64,000 nt of DNA from Myxococcota bacterium (GCA_036149055.1 JAYZQJ010000009.1:38436-102435), one strand, 5' to 3'; shown: positions 19,115 through 29,341, counted from the stretch's first letter. Translations and numbers: made by a program. The notes: generated by a model not told the origin, from the letters alone.

Positions 19115-19690
19115 TCAGTCTCCCCGTGCCTGGAAGCTGGTGGTCGCCAGCCTCAACCGCCGCTGAAACTCCTCGTTGAACGTCGCATAGCCTCTTCGAT
19201 CTTCGGAGTCCGTGATCCGCTTGGGAGCTCCGGCGAAGAGGGACCAGACCGCGCTCGCGAACTCGGCGACGGCCTCCCGATACTGCTCGACCGGGATCGT
19301 CGCGTTCACGCTGCGCGCCCCGTCGAGCGCGGGATGCCCCCGCAGGTCATGCAGACGAACCGAGTCGCGCTGGTGGGACACCGACCAGTCGATCCCACTC
19401 GGACAGCCCAGAACCAGCACGTCGGTCGATCCCTCGCTGGGCGCGATCAGGACGTGGCCGCAGCAGGGCAGCAGGTGGTCGCCCACCTGGTTCTCTGGCG
19501 AGTGGTTCTGCTCCAGCGTCCGCAACAGATAGAGCGCGGTGGCGCTCAGCGTGAACTCTCCATCGTCCGGCGAGACGAAAGGCTGCCCATCCACCCGAAC
19601 GAACACGCGGCCGTGCGAACAGAGGTCCTGCTCGGGGTCGACGTGCGCCAGCCAGTGATGCTCGGTGATGTCGATGGCGAAGGTGCCCAT
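19115..19690 (-). CDS. Conserved-looking hypothetical protein, Cys/His-rich
   Basis: DLCSHG, SATALYLLRTL, LLPCCGH, GCPSGIDW; TAGGAT 7 nt before ATG. Confidence 0.65.
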   Translation of the reverse strand: MGTFAIDITEHHWLAHVDPEQDLCSHGRVFVRVDGQPFVSPDDGEFTLSATALYLLRTLEQNHSPENQVGDHLLPCCGHVLIAPSEGSTDVLVLGCPSGIDWSVSHQRDSVRLHDLRGHPALDGARSVNATIPVEQYREAVAEFASAVWSLFAGAPKRITDSEDRRGYATFNEEFQRRLRLATTSFQARGD

Positions 19691-19810
19691 CCGCTCGATC
19701 CTATCGGGACGCACGAGGGACGCGAGCGCCGAGACGGAAACGCCGTTGCACTCGACGGCGTACCGGGCGATCTCCTTGAACGAGCACCCGGCCCGAGGGA
19801 GCCTGTACGC

Positions 19811-20326
19811 GTGGCTTTCGCCCGACGAACCGGCGAGACGAAGGGCGGCACCTGCGGGTACTGCGGCGCGGCCGTCACGCTGGAAGCGGTCGAGACCCTC
19901 GACGGGCGCGCGGGTCTTCAGTGGGGGCCGTCGCCGCATCGCGCGCCATGCGGGGCTCACTGCCTGGCAGGCTCGGTGGCGCACGGCGAGACGGACGTCC
20001 ACATCGACCCCTACGGCGAGTGCCCCCGCTGCGGCGCCAAGGCCGCCGAGGTTGCCTCCACCGTCGAGAACGCCGAGGGCACCGAGCGAATCGTCCTACA
20101 GCGCTACGTCGTCGGCCGCTACTCCGGGCGCTATCCGTTCGGAACGCCGTCAGCGCTCCCGGACGTTCGATGCGAGGCCCGCCTCGAATACTCCCAGGGG
20201 CTGTATCGCTACGAGGCCGAGCTGCTCTGGTTTCAGGAGAACTGGGCGCCTCCTTTGGACGAGGCGCTCTTGGCGTACCTCGCGAGAGCCTCCTGGTTCG
20301 ATCTCTCCACCAAGTACGAGATCTGA
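19811..20326 (+). CDS. Hypothetical Zn-ribbon-like protein
   Basis: CGYCG, HRAPCGAHC, CPRCG motifs; start uncertain. Confidence 0.45.
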   Translation: MAFARRTGETKGGTCGYCGAAVTLEAVETLDGRAGLQWGPSPHRAPCGAHCLAGSVAHGETDVHIDPYGECPRCGAKAAEVASTVENAEGTERIVLQRYVVGRYSGRYPFGTPSALPDVRCEARLEYSQGLYRYEAELLWFQENWAPPLDEALLAYLARASWFDLSTKYEI

Positions 20327-20438
20327 CGCGGCTCAGGCGCGGTCCACCCGGCGTCGTGATGCGTCGCGTTCTACGCTATCGTGCGGGCGCGATCGTTACT
20401 TGGGACGGTCGATCGAAGAGGGGCCCAGGCTCGGATCC

Positions 20439-20846
20439 GTGAAACCCCGCGCGTGGGCAAGACGGCGGTGGCGTCTCGTCGCATCAGCGAGCGGCCTACT
20501 CGCGCTCGCGCTCTTCGCTTGGTTCGCGGACCCCGACTATCCGGGGCTCACGGAGGTCTCCCGGCCGTCTCGCCTCATCGGGCTCGAGGAGCGCGAGCTA
20601 GTGGCGGAGTTGGGCCCGCCGGACCGAACCAGAGAGTTCACGATGGCCGACTGTTGCACCGAGCTCGATGGGAGCCTCATGAATCACCTCCCACCGCGCG
20701 GGGTGAGCCCGGAGGACGCGGTGGTCCGGGTCTTCACGTGGTCTCGACTCAGGTACATGCTGACCGTCTGGACGTACCGGCACGACGAGAGTGGTTGGCG
20801 CGCGGTCGATACGATCGCTGTCGGGAATCTCGCACCCTCGTTCTGA
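20439..20846 (+). CDS. Hypothetical membrane-anchored protein
   Basis: N-terminal TM followed by LIGLEERELVAELGPPD (BamE/SmpA-like pattern). Confidence 0.5.
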   Translation: MKPRAWARRRWRLVASASGLLALALFAWFADPDYPGLTEVSRPSRLIGLEERELVAELGPPDRTREFTMADCCTELDGSLMNHLPPRGVSPEDAVVRVFTWSRLRYMLTVWTYRHDESGWRAVDTIAVGNLAPSF

Positions 20847-20876
20847 TACGGCCCATGCCCCGTCGCAGCGAGTGGA

Positions 20877-21548
20877 TCATGCGAGCACGGTCGCGACGGC
20901 AGTCGGCACCGCCTCCGCGAGGTACCACTCCCAATAGGCTACGGCAGCCTCCCGCGAGTAGTCGAAGTCGGAACCCCACGGAAGGTCACCCGCCTCAGCT
21001 GCCGCCGCCCAGAGTGCGCAGTCGAACATGTCAGGGTCTTCGGGGGCCTCGACGTCCGCTCTCGAAATCCCGAGCTCGGGTCTGGGGACCAGTAGCTGTT
21101 CATCGCGCGCAATCGTCATCGCCCCGCGAGCGATCGCTCTAGCGGCATGGATGTAGTCGATGCCGTGGCGGCCTGCCGGACCACCGTCGCCGAGGTGGTT
21201 GTAGAGCGTGATCGCTTCATCGAGCGGTTGGACTCGGTCCCCGGCGCCATCAACAGCCGCGCGCGCGAGATCCATGAGAGGTGCGACATCGCCAGGGTCT
21301 CCGGCATGGTGCCGAGTCCACAGCGGGAGCGCTCGCTCGGCCACCAACAGAGACACTTTGGCCCTGATGCGGTGCCCCTGGGAGGGGGGCTCCTCCAGCG
21401 CGACGAGCGGGGGCGCGGGTGGACCGAGGGTCAGCAGCATCTGCCTGCGGCTGCGCAAGGACAAGAAGCCGTCCGGGCTCGCGTTGGCCTCCGCGCGGCA
21501 GGTCTGGCAAAGACGAGAGACCGCGTCACGAACTCGCTCACCTACCAT
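20877..21548 (-). CDS. Imm5-like immunity protein
   Basis: AERALPLW...DPDMFDCALWAAAAEAG...YWEWYLAEAVP. Confidence 0.65.
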   Translation of the reverse strand: MVGERVRDAVSRLCQTCRAEANASPDGFLSLRSRRQMLLTLGPPAPPLVALEEPPSQGHRIRAKVSLLVAERALPLWTRHHAGDPGDVAPLMDLARAAVDGAGDRVQPLDEAITLYNHLGDGGPAGRHGIDYIHAARAIARGAMTIARDEQLLVPRPELGISRADVEAPEDPDMFDCALWAAAAEAGDLPWGSDFDYSREAAVAYWEWYLAEAVPTAVATVLA

Positions 21549-21662
21549 GGGACTCGAGTGTAGTCGTTGCGGTCGAGCTGACTCCCGAGCTGGTGGGGAA
21601 GCTCCTCGCGGCGCCGTCGACTGCTGGAGATGTTGCTGGCGCTCGAATGAGTCGGGCCGGTG

Positions 21663-22115
21663 CTACTCGGAGCCGAAGAGCTTCGAGAAGTCAGGGTCCG
21701 ACCAGGGCGAGCCCCAGGCGCACCGTTTCTGAAGCCGACGACTCCAGCCCCGCCGCTCATCTGCGGTCAGGAAGGCGACAGGGCGGTCGTCCTCATACAG
21801 AGCTGCGGCATGGCCGGTCGCGCTCCATCTCACACGCCAAGCGTGCTGAGCTGGCGAGGTACACCTCGCGTCGGGACCCACCACGTCGGTGGAAGCGGGC
21901 GGCGGACCTGGTCGTCGCTCGGCCACTCGTTCCGGCGGTGGGGCCGCCACGCGGTTGTAGACCCAGACGTCACCAACGATCTCCATCGAGTCCGGCGCCG
22001 TCAGGTAGAAGAACGCCACGACCCCGTCGTCCTCGAACACCGCAGAGCGGTGCGAGTCCTCGCAGTAGGAGGACACGAAGGGGTCTGAGTCTTTGGCTTG
22101 TGGAGGGGACCGCAT
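21663..22115 (-). CDS. DUF2251-like hypothetical protein
   Basis: SAVFEDDGVVAFFYL...IVGDVWVYN...VRWSATGHAAAL. Confidence 0.55.
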   Translation of the reverse strand: MRSPPQAKDSDPFVSSYCEDSHRSAVFEDDGVVAFFYLTAPDSMEIVGDVWVYNRVAAPPPERVAERRPGPPPASTDVVGPDARCTSPAQHAWRVRWSATGHAAALYEDDRPVAFLTADERRGWSRRLQKRCAWGSPWSDPDFSKLFGSE

Positions 22116-22135
22116 GTCTCGAGGCGGGGGCCTGC

Positions 22136-22483
22136 TCAATCTGAGGAGCGGGCGCGAAAACCACGGAGCGCGAAGTAGATCGTAACGTCGCCCGTGTTGT
22201 CGGTGAACACGCCTTCGGCGTCCAGCAGACGCCCGGCGATGATGAGGGCCTCCAGGGCTTCGGCGTGACCGGCGGGCCACTCAGCATCGACGAGCAGCCC
22301 CAGGTCATGCTCCTCCCCGAACGCCCGCACGCGCTCGAGGTCACGGAACGCCGCCTCCGGCATCGTCTCGTTCGCCCACCCCCAGAGGAAGGTCCCCTCT
22401 TGCCGAGAGCACGTCCCGAGCGCTTCGCCTCGCGACTCCACGCTGCCCAGTCCGTATCCGCCAGGCGGTGGTAGTGCCGTCAT
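22136..22483 (-). pseudogene. DUF6882-like gene, probably 5'-truncated
   Basis: LGTCSRQEGTFLWGWANETMP...VRAFGEEHDL; short ORF with an unconvincing N-terminus. Confidence 0.45.
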
Positions 22484-22567
22484 CCCGACCGGATCGTCCA
22501 GTCTCTTTCGACGTCCGCATCGGCGGAAGGCAGGCGACGCGGTCGTGCGGGCGGCCCAAAACGACGA

Positions 22568-22589
22568 AGGCCCCGCCGAAGCGGGGCCT
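22568..22589 (-). terminator. Rho-independent terminator after tRNA-Leu
   Basis: Minus strand AGGCCCCGC-TTCG-GCGGGGCCT followed by TCGTCGTTTT. Confidence 0.75.
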
Positions 22590-22614
22590 GTCGAAGTCCC
22601 TCGGGTGAGGGCGA

Positions 22615-22698
<84 letters not shown>

Positions 22699-22719
22699 GG
22701 GCGTATCGAAAGAGGCGGT

Positions 22720-22748
22720 GAGATACGTTGTGGAGGGGTCCCTGTCAA
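22720..22748 (-). promoter_or_regulatory. Possible sigma-70 promoter of the tRNA
   Basis: TTGACA-17 nt-TATCTC (imperfect -10). Confidence 0.45.
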
Positions 22749-22835
22749 GCAGCATCGACATGGCTTCGAAGGGGACTCCGAAAAGTTTTCATACCTCCGC
22801 ACCGAGTGCAGCCCCGGGCGCTCGGGCAGGCGGTC

Positions 22836-22892
22836 CAAGTGGTTGAAATCACGTCCGTTACCTCCTGAGGGTAGGGCGGCCCGTAGATTGCA
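22836..22892 (+). promoter_or_regulatory. IHF-like site plus sigma-54 promoter of the minor pilin operon
   Basis: TTTCAACCACTTG (minus strand, 22836-22848; near WATCAA-N4-TTR) and CGGCCCG-TAGA-TTGCA (22877-22892). Confidence 0.65.
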
Positions 22893-22907
22893 GCAGCGAG
22901 ACCCGCC

Positions 22908-23519
22908 GTGGTGCGTTCTTCCAAGAGACTTCAGCGTCGGGCGGGCTTCACGATGCTCGAGGCCCTGGTCGTGGTGTCGATCATCGCGATCACCGCCGCC
23001 CTCGCCGCGCCCGCCCTCAGCCGCTCGATGGCGGTGCGTCGGGCGAACGAGTCGACCCACGACGTGGTCCGGATGGGGGCCCTCGCCCGCTCCGAGGCCA
23101 TGATGTACGGGCGGGCGCACCTGCTGCTCTTCCAGTCCGACGGCGACGGCGTGCTCACGGTGTGGCGCGGCCGCAGCGACCGGTGCAACGGCAACCTCTG
23201 GTTCGGCGGCACCATCGTCGACGCGCTCTGCACCCGGGAGCGAGGCTGCGTGGAGCGGCTGAGCCTCCAGGACCGCTACAACATGGGCAGCCACCACGTG
23301 GAGCTCGCGTCGACCGATGGCGTGGTCGGCCTCTGCTACCAGCCCAACGGCGAGCTCTACACGACGACCAGCGCGTCCAACTTCAGCTTCACCAACGTGA
23401 CCGGCGGCCGGACGGGGGTGCGCTTCTCGCTCACCCGCTTCGAGAACGGCTCCAACGCCAACGACGTGGTCCGCTCCGTGGTGTTCCCCTACGGCGGGCC
23501 CCCGAGGATTCAGCGATGA
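22908..23519 (+). CDS. FimT/FimU-like minor pilin
   Basis: Class III signal RRAG|FTMLEALVVVSI; ARSEAM. Confidence 0.85.
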   Translation: MVRSSKRLQRRAGFTMLEALVVVSIIAITAALAAPALSRSMAVRRANESTHDVVRMGALARSEAMMYGRAHLLLFQSDGDGVLTVWRGRSDRCNGNLWFGGTIVDALCTRERGCVERLSLQDRYNMGSHHVELASTDGVVGLCYQPNGELYTTTSASNFSFTNVTGGRTGVRFSLTRFENGSNANDVVRSVVFPYGGPPRIQR

Positions 23520-24133
23520 CGCGGCGCACGCGACGGCAGCAGCAGCGCAGGCAGGGCTACACCCTCATCGAGGTCATGATGGCCATCGGGGTGCTCACCG
23601 CCGGCGCGGTGGCGATCATGGCGCTCCAGTCGGCGTCGACCCGCGGCAACATGGAGGCCCGCCAGATGGGCACCGGCGCGATGCTCGCCCAGCGCTGGGT
23701 GGAGCGGCTCCGGCGCGACGCGCTGAACTGGACGCGCGGCACCAACACGGTCGACGCGCTGCTGCTCTCCCGCACGCACTGGCTGCGGAACGTGCCGAGC
23801 CCCGGCGATCCCGCCAACTGGCAGGTCCCCGCCGCCAACCCGGCCACCGGCGAGACGCCCAACTTCGACTTCTACGGGAACGACACCGCCACCGCGACCG
23901 AGATGCGCTACTGCGGCAACGTCCGCTACGAGTGGCTGTACCCGGGCCGCGCGATGCGCGCCGACGTGCGCGTGTGGTGGGTGCGGAGCGCGACCAGCAC
24001 CGGAGACCCGACGCGGGCCCAGCTCGCGAGCTGCGCGCCCGGCGTCGACCCGAACACGCTCACCGGCGACTTCCGGATCCGCGCCGCCTACGCCTCGACC
24101 GTCATCCGCTACACCCCGATGCCGGGGAGCTGA
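23516..24133 (+). CDS. PilV-like minor pilin
   Basis: RRQG|YTLIEVMMAIGVL; ATGA overlap with the previous gene. Confidence 0.85.
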   Translation: MTRRTRRQQQRRQGYTLIEVMMAIGVLTAGAVAIMALQSASTRGNMEARQMGTGAMLAQRWVERLRRDALNWTRGTNTVDALLLSRTHWLRNVPSPGDPANWQVPAANPATGETPNFDFYGNDTATATEMRYCGNVRYEWLYPGRAMRADVRVWWVRSATSTGDPTRAQLASCAPGVDPNTLTGDFRIRAAYASTVIRYTPMPGS

Positions 24134-24136
24134 GCC

Positions 24137-25342
24137 ATGATCCGCCGCATCCGAAACGCCCACCGCTCGCGACGCGCCGGCTTCACGCTGGTGGAGCTGA
24201 TGGTGGCGCTCGCCGCGGGCGGGCTGGTCATCGCCGCGGTGTTCACGCTCGGCGGCGCCAGCGCGCGCCACTTCCAGGAGCAGCAGCGCGTGGGCGTGAC
24301 CCAGCGCTCGGTGCGCATGGCGATGGATCGCCTGCGCCGCGACATCGCCCGCGCCGGCTACATGCACGTGCCGTCGACGAACTCGCCGTTCGTCCGGACC
24401 TGCCCGGTGCCCGCGCTGCCCGGCAACCTCCCCGCGGTCTCCTTCGTGGACGACGACCCGGGCGGCAACGGCGCGCTCGAGGCGCTCAACCGCGGCATGA
24501 ACCGGGTCAGCGCCGACCGGCTGCGGCTGACCGGGAACTACGTCACCGACGACGCGTACCTGGTCCGCGGGGTGAACGCGAACGGGACGACGGTCTTCCT
24601 GCAGACCGACTGGCTCGCCTTCCGCCGCGCCTTCACCCGCGACAACGGCTCGGGCGGGCGCGACATGGACCCGGTCCGGTTCAGCGAGGTGTTCGCGACC
24701 GGCCGCATGCTCCACCTCGAGTCACGCAACGGCTCGCACTTCTTCGTGACGATCACCGGCGCCCGCTTCTCGGGCCTCAACCAGGCCGAGGTGACGATCA
24801 CGCCCGGGCTCGGCGTCGACAACCCGTGCCTCGAGGGGCTCGGGCGAGGCGCGCTGGCCAGCCCCATCAGCACCGTCGAGTACGCGATCGTGCCCGCGAC
24901 CGGCGCGCTCGTGCCGCGGAACGCGAACGTGGTCGGGCCCAACACGGTGCTGCAGCGGCAGGAGCTCGACCCGGCCACGCTCGCCCCCATCCCCGGCACC
25001 CAGCGCGCGGTGCTGGAGTTCGCGGTCGACTTCAACCTCGACTTCGTGCTCGACACGAACCCGACGGTCGGCAACCCGCCGAACCTCGTGCGGCGCGCCG
25101 GCGCGGCCGCCGCGGGCCCGATCGCGGCGACGCCGTGGCAGGTCCGCTCCATCATCGCCTCGCTCGCCGCGCGCACGCCCGAGCAGGACCGCCGCTTCCC
25201 CTGGCCGAACACCTGGTCGGGAGGCCGCCCGGCCGGCAACCCCCTGAACCGATTCCGCGTATTCGACGACCGCGACGGCGCGGCCCGCGTCCGCCAGCTC
25301 ACCACCGAAGTCCAGATGCCGAACATGGTGCCCCGCCGATGA
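24137..25342 (+). CDS. PilW-like minor pilin
   Basis: RRAG|FTLVELMVAL; RMAMDRLRRDIARAGY. Confidence 0.88.
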   Translation: MIRRIRNAHRSRRAGFTLVELMVALAAGGLVIAAVFTLGGASARHFQEQQRVGVTQRSVRMAMDRLRRDIARAGYMHVPSTNSPFVRTCPVPALPGNLPAVSFVDDDPGGNGALEALNRGMNRVSADRLRLTGNYVTDDAYLVRGVNANGTTVFLQTDWLAFRRAFTRDNGSGGRDMDPVRFSEVFATGRMLHLESRNGSHFFVTITGARFSGLNQAEVTITPGLGVDNPCLEGLGRGALASPISTVEYAIVPATGALVPRNANVVGPNTVLQRQELDPATLAPIPGTQRAVLEFAVDFNLDFVLDTNPTVGNPPNLVRRAGAAAAGPIAATPWQVRSIIASLAARTPEQDRRFPWPNTWSGGRPAGNPLNRFRVFDDRDGAARVRQLTTEVQMPNMVPRR

Positions 25343-26004
25343 CCCGACGACGTCTCACCCGCAGCGGTCAGCCGCTCTCCCGCCGCGAGGGCGCGGCGAT
25401 GCTCATCGTGCTGATGGTCCTGCTCATGACCACCGCGACGGCGACCTTCGCGATCCACTCGACGGTGATGGAGATCCGCTCGGCCGGCTATCAGCGCCAG
25501 GCGCTGCAGACGAGCTACGTGGCCGAGGGCGGGACCTACGCGGCCCTGTCGTACATCGACGTGATGGGGCCGCAGGCGGCCTTCGTGCAGTACTCGCGCA
25601 CCCAGGTGGCCTCGACGGTGGCGGTGGCGCCGGGCAGCGCGACGCTGGACCGGACGACGAACGTGCTCCGGGTGGAGATGGACGACTTCGCGGGCTCGGC
25701 CGGGGCGATGGCGCCGCCGCTCGAGCTCGACGTGGCCCGGCAGCCGTCGCTCGGGCCGCACGGCGCGTCGGTGCCGACGTTCACCGTCGACGGGACGGAC
25801 CTCTACCGGTCCTACCGCCAGGTGGCGGGGCGCGACGGCACGGGGCGCAACCCGATGGCGTACGTGCGACTGAACCTGACGTCGCGAGGGCGGATGGCGC
25901 CGCCCAGCGACTACGTGTCCACCGGCGATTCGCGCAGCTGGCACGAGAGCTCGGCGAGCGCGCGGGCCTACACCGAGATGGGTCCGTTCGCGGGGGGGCT
26001 GTGA
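25339..26004 (+). CDS. PilX-like minor pilin
   Basis: RREG|AAMLIVLMVLL with no Glu5; YVAEGG. Confidence 0.8.
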   Translation: MTRRRLTRSGQPLSRREGAAMLIVLMVLLMTTATATFAIHSTVMEIRSAGYQRQALQTSYVAEGGTYAALSYIDVMGPQAAFVQYSRTQVASTVAVAPGSATLDRTTNVLRVEMDDFAGSAGAMAPPLELDVARQPSLGPHGASVPTFTVDGTDLYRSYRQVAGRDGTGRNPMAYVRLNLTSRGRMAPPSDYVSTGDSRSWHESSASARAYTEMGPFAGGL

Positions 26005-26005
26005 G

Positions 26006-29000
26006 ATGGGAGGCATCATGAACCGAAATGCGCTGTTCTACGCGCTCGCGGCCGCCGTGGCGTGGCAGGTCGTGGCGTCGAGCGCGTTCGCCCAGGACAT
26101 CAGCGACCCCGACATCCGCAACGTGCGGCCGGTCGTGATGCTCCTCGTGGACACCTCCGGCTCCATGGAGCGCATGTCGGGCGGGAGCGACGCGCGCCTG
26201 CCGGTGTGCGGTGGCTCGCCCGCCAGCCGCAACGAGCGGAACCGCTGGACGCAGATGGTGGAGGCGCTGACCGGCACCTGGTCGGACAGCAACTACTTCT
26301 GCGACGCGGTGTCCCGGACCGGGGCGTCGTTCAGCGGCATGCCCGACTACAACTACTACCTGCCGTACCACCGGCCGCCGCTCGCCTCGCCCCAGAACAA
26401 CGACGGCATCCTCGATGTGTACGCCGAGCGCATCAAGTTCGGCCTGATGACGTTCGACTCGACCTACACGTTCACCGACAGCCACCCCCTGCTCGTGCCG
26501 CGCACGACCTTCCGCTCGCGCCTGATCCACAACCAGCAGAACTTCGGCGGCTACTCCTACGGGGACCCGCAGCCCCTGACCTACCCGGGCTGCGCGACGA
26601 CCTTCATGGTCGACAGCGGCGCGCGCAACGACTCGGCCCCCGGCGGCCGGCTCATCTCGGTCGGCACCGACCTCGACGATCCCCGGATCATCAACCAGAT
26701 GATCCAGACGCAGCTGCGCGAGGTGCGTCCCTTCGGCGGCACGCCGACCGCGTCGCTCCTGACCGACTTCCAGTACTACGTCGACAACCACCCCGACGTG
26801 ACCGCGGCCGACCCGTTCTCGCAGTGCCGCCCGCGCTACGCGCTGCTGCTCACCGACGGCCAGCCCGACGAGGACTTCCGCGACCGCCGCTTCAACTGCG
26901 CGGCCAGCGGCGGCTGCCCCTACGACCTCTCCCGCGACGTGGCCCAGCAGCTCTGCCGCTACTCGGGCACGTCCGGCGAGTGCACCGGAGACGTCGACGG
27001 CGTCTTCGTCGTGGCCTTCGACGTGAGCGACGGCGCGGCCCTCGCCGAGCTCGACAGCATCGCCGACGCCGGCGGCACCGGCGCGGCCCTCCGCGCGTCG
27101 AACCGCGCCGAGCTGATGCGCCGCATCGCCGACGTGCTCGACCGCGCCGCGCCCGGCAACACCACCCGCAGCACCCCGGCCTTCGTGACCGGCGGCAGCA
27201 CCTTCTCTTCGTCGGGCGTGCCCTCGCAGTACCAGTTCAACGCGGGCTTCACGGTCGGCGACTCGGACACGCCCTGGAGCGGCGTGCTCGAGCGGACGGC
27301 CTTCGTGTGCAACGCGAGCCTGAACCCGGAGCCCGAGCCCCCGAGCTCCCGCGTGCGCTTCGACGAGGAGCTGAACACGCGCGCCACGCCGCGCCGCCTG
27401 CTCACCGTGACGACGCCGGACCCCGACGACCTCGACGGGAACATCGTGGGCACCGACGCGGCGGCGGTTCCGCTCGGCGCGACGACCTTCTCGAACACGG
27501 TGCGCGACCAGACGCTCCGCACCTTCGACGCGACGATCGACGCGCAGTACTTCGGCATCACCACCGGCTCGCCGAGCTCGCGGCGCTCGCGTCGTGACCA
27601 GATCGTCAACTGGGTGCACGGCACCACGGCCGACCGCCGGGACAACCGGCTCGGCGACATCTACCACTCGTCGCCGGTCGCGGTGGGCCCGCCCCGCGTC
27701 GACATCGCGGACGAGTCCTACAACCTCTTCCGGCGCCTGCCGGCGGTCGCGAACCGCCCGACGGTCGTCTACGTCGGCACCAACGACGGGATCCTGCACG
27801 CGTTCGTCGCCGAGGACTTCACCGACCCGCTGACCGGCGACTTCTACCCGGCCGGCTTCGAGCTCTGGGGCTTCGTGCCGCCGATCCTGCTCGAGAAGCT
27901 CGAGTCGGCGACGACCTCGCACCAGATCATGCTCGACGGCACCCCGGTGGTGAAGGACATCTTCTACCGCCGTCAGCCGGGCGACGCGCCGAACGGCGAC
28001 ATCTACCACACGGTGCTCGTGATGGGCTTCCGCGCGGGCGCCCCCGGCTACTTCGCGATGGACATCACGGACCCGACCGACCCGCAGTTCCTGTGGCAGT
28101 TCGTCGGCGAGCCGGAGTCGCGCGGGCGCGGGCGCTCGAGCACCCCGATGGGCCTCTCCTACGGCACGCCGGCGCTCGGGCAGGTGCTCGTCGACGTCGG
28201 CGGCACGCTCCAGGAGCGCGCGATCGCCCTCCTCCCGGGCGGCGCCGGCGACGTGGACGAGGACCGCGCGCGCACCACCGGCCCGATCGGCTGCCCGGCC
28301 CAGGGCGTGGGCACGCCGCCGGTGACCCGCGGCACCACCAACGCCCGGTCCCGGCAGCGCTGCTGGAGCAACACCGGCCGCGTCCTGCACTGGGTCGACA
28401 TCGTCACCGGCGAGGTCATCCAGAGCTTCGACGAGCGCACCTTCAACGCCCCGCTCACCGGCGGCGTCGCGCTCTACCCGGGCGACGTCGGCACCACCGC
28501 GGAGCGCGCCATCCTCACCGACGCGGACGGCGTGATGTGGGCGGTCGACTTCAGCGCGCGCCGGCCCGCCGACTGGGAGGTGCGAGCCTTCCACGACATC
28601 TTCTGGGACGAGGTCGCGACCGTCGGTCAGCCGGCCTACTACCCGCCGATCATCTCGACCGACCAGGACGGCAACCTCGTCGTGGTGCAGTCGACCGGCG
28701 ACATCGACCGGCTCGACGGGCCGCTGCTCAACCGCGTCGTCTCGCTCACCGAGACCCGGACGTTCTCGTCGACCGGCGTGCCGTCGTACGAGACCAGCCT
28801 GAACTGGGAGATCCGGCTCCGCCCGGGCGAGCAGGTCACCGGCCCGCTCGAGCTGTTCGAGGGGCAGATCTTCTTCGCGAGCTTCGAGACGGGGGTGACC
28901 CCGAGCGACGCGTGCGAGCTCGGCCGCAGCCGCATCTGGGGCGTGGACTTCCTCAACGACGGCGGCACCGCGCCCACCGGCTACCTCGACCCGACCGGCA

Positions 29001-29326
29001 GCTTCCCGCAGCCGCGGTTCGAGTCGGTGGCGGGCACCGGCGTCTTCGACGAGCACTTCCGCGGGCCGTTCGACGACCGGCTGGTGCTCGGCGTGGGCGT
29101 GACCCAGCGGCCGACCTGCGTGCAGGGCGCCGAGGAGTTCGACCCCTACATCGGCACGCGCTACCGCGTGAACAACGTGGGCGGCGGCACCTTCCAGCTC
29201 ACCGCGCAGGTGAGCGGCGGGCCGGCGAGCCCGGGCGACGGCGCCATCACCACGGTGACCGAGCAGCTCAGCGCGCCGCAGTCGTTCACGGTGGTCAGCG
29301 GCTTCGCCGGCCAGGTCGAGAATTGA
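26006..29326 (+). CDS. pilY1: PilY1 type IV pilus tip adhesin (vWA plus beta-propeller)
   Basis: Signal peptide; LLVDTSGSM MIDAS; GGTP; LLTDGQP; LGDIYHSSP; VYVGTNDGILHAF; ELWGFVP; YFAMDITDP. Confidence 0.9.
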   Translation: MGGIMNRNALFYALAAAVAWQVVASSAFAQDISDPDIRNVRPVVMLLVDTSGSMERMSGGSDARLPVCGGSPASRNERNRWTQMVEALTGTWSDSNYFCDAVSRTGASFSGMPDYNYYLPYHRPPLASPQNNDGILDVYAERIKFGLMTFDSTYTFTDSHPLLVPRTTFRSRLIHNQQNFGGYSYGDPQPLTYPGCATTFMVDSGARNDSAPGGRLISVGTDLDDPRIINQMIQTQLREVRPFGGTPTASLLTDFQYYVDNHPDVTAADPFSQCRPRYALLLTDGQPDEDFRDRRFNCAASGGCPYDLSRDVAQQLCRYSGTSGECTGDVDGVFVVAFDVSDGAALAELDSIADAGGTGAALRASNRAELMRRIADVLDRAAPGNTTRSTPAFVTGGSTFSSSGVPSQYQFNAGFTVGDSDTPWSGVLERTAFVCNASLNPEPEPPSSRVRFDEELNTRATPRRLLTVTTPDPDDLDGNIVGTDAAAVPLGATTFSNTVRDQTLRTFDATIDAQYFGITTGSPSSRRSRRDQIVNWVHGTTADRRDNRLGDIYHSSPVAVGPPRVDIADESYNLFRRLPAVANRPTVVYVGTNDGILHAFVAEDFTDPLTGDFYPAGFELWGFVPPILLEKLESATTSHQIMLDGTPVVKDIFYRRQPGDAPNGDIYHTVLVMGFRAGAPGYFAMDITDPTDPQFLWQFVGEPESRGRGRSSTPMGLSYGTPALGQVLVDVGGTLQERAIALLPGGAGDVDEDRARTTGPIGCPAQGVGTPPVTRGTTNARSRQRCWSNTGRVLHWVDIVTGEVIQSFDERTFNAPLTGGVALYPGDVGTTAERAILTDADGVMWAVDFSARRPADWEVRAFHDIFWDEVATVGQPAYYPPIISTDQDGNLVVVQSTGDIDRLDGPLLNRVVSLTETRTFSSTGVPSYETSLNWEIRLRPGEQVTGPLELFEGQIFFASFETGVTPSDACELGRSRIWGVDFLNDGGTAPTGYLDPTGSFPQPRFESVAGTGVFDEHFRGPFDDRLVLGVGVTQRPTCVQGAEEFDPYIGTRYRVNNVGGGTFQLTAQVSGGPASPGDGAITTVTEQLSAPQSFTVVSGFAGQVEN

Positions 29327-29341
29327 GCTAGCCTCGGGCGC

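Noticed and set aside
12370..22483. Integron cassette array
   Set aside because: Mixed gene orientations, no recurring RYYYAAC...GTTRRRY attC sites and no IntI
8900..22614. Prophage or integrative element at tRNA-Leu
   Set aside because: No integrase or phage genes, and I found no duplicate of the tRNA 3' end
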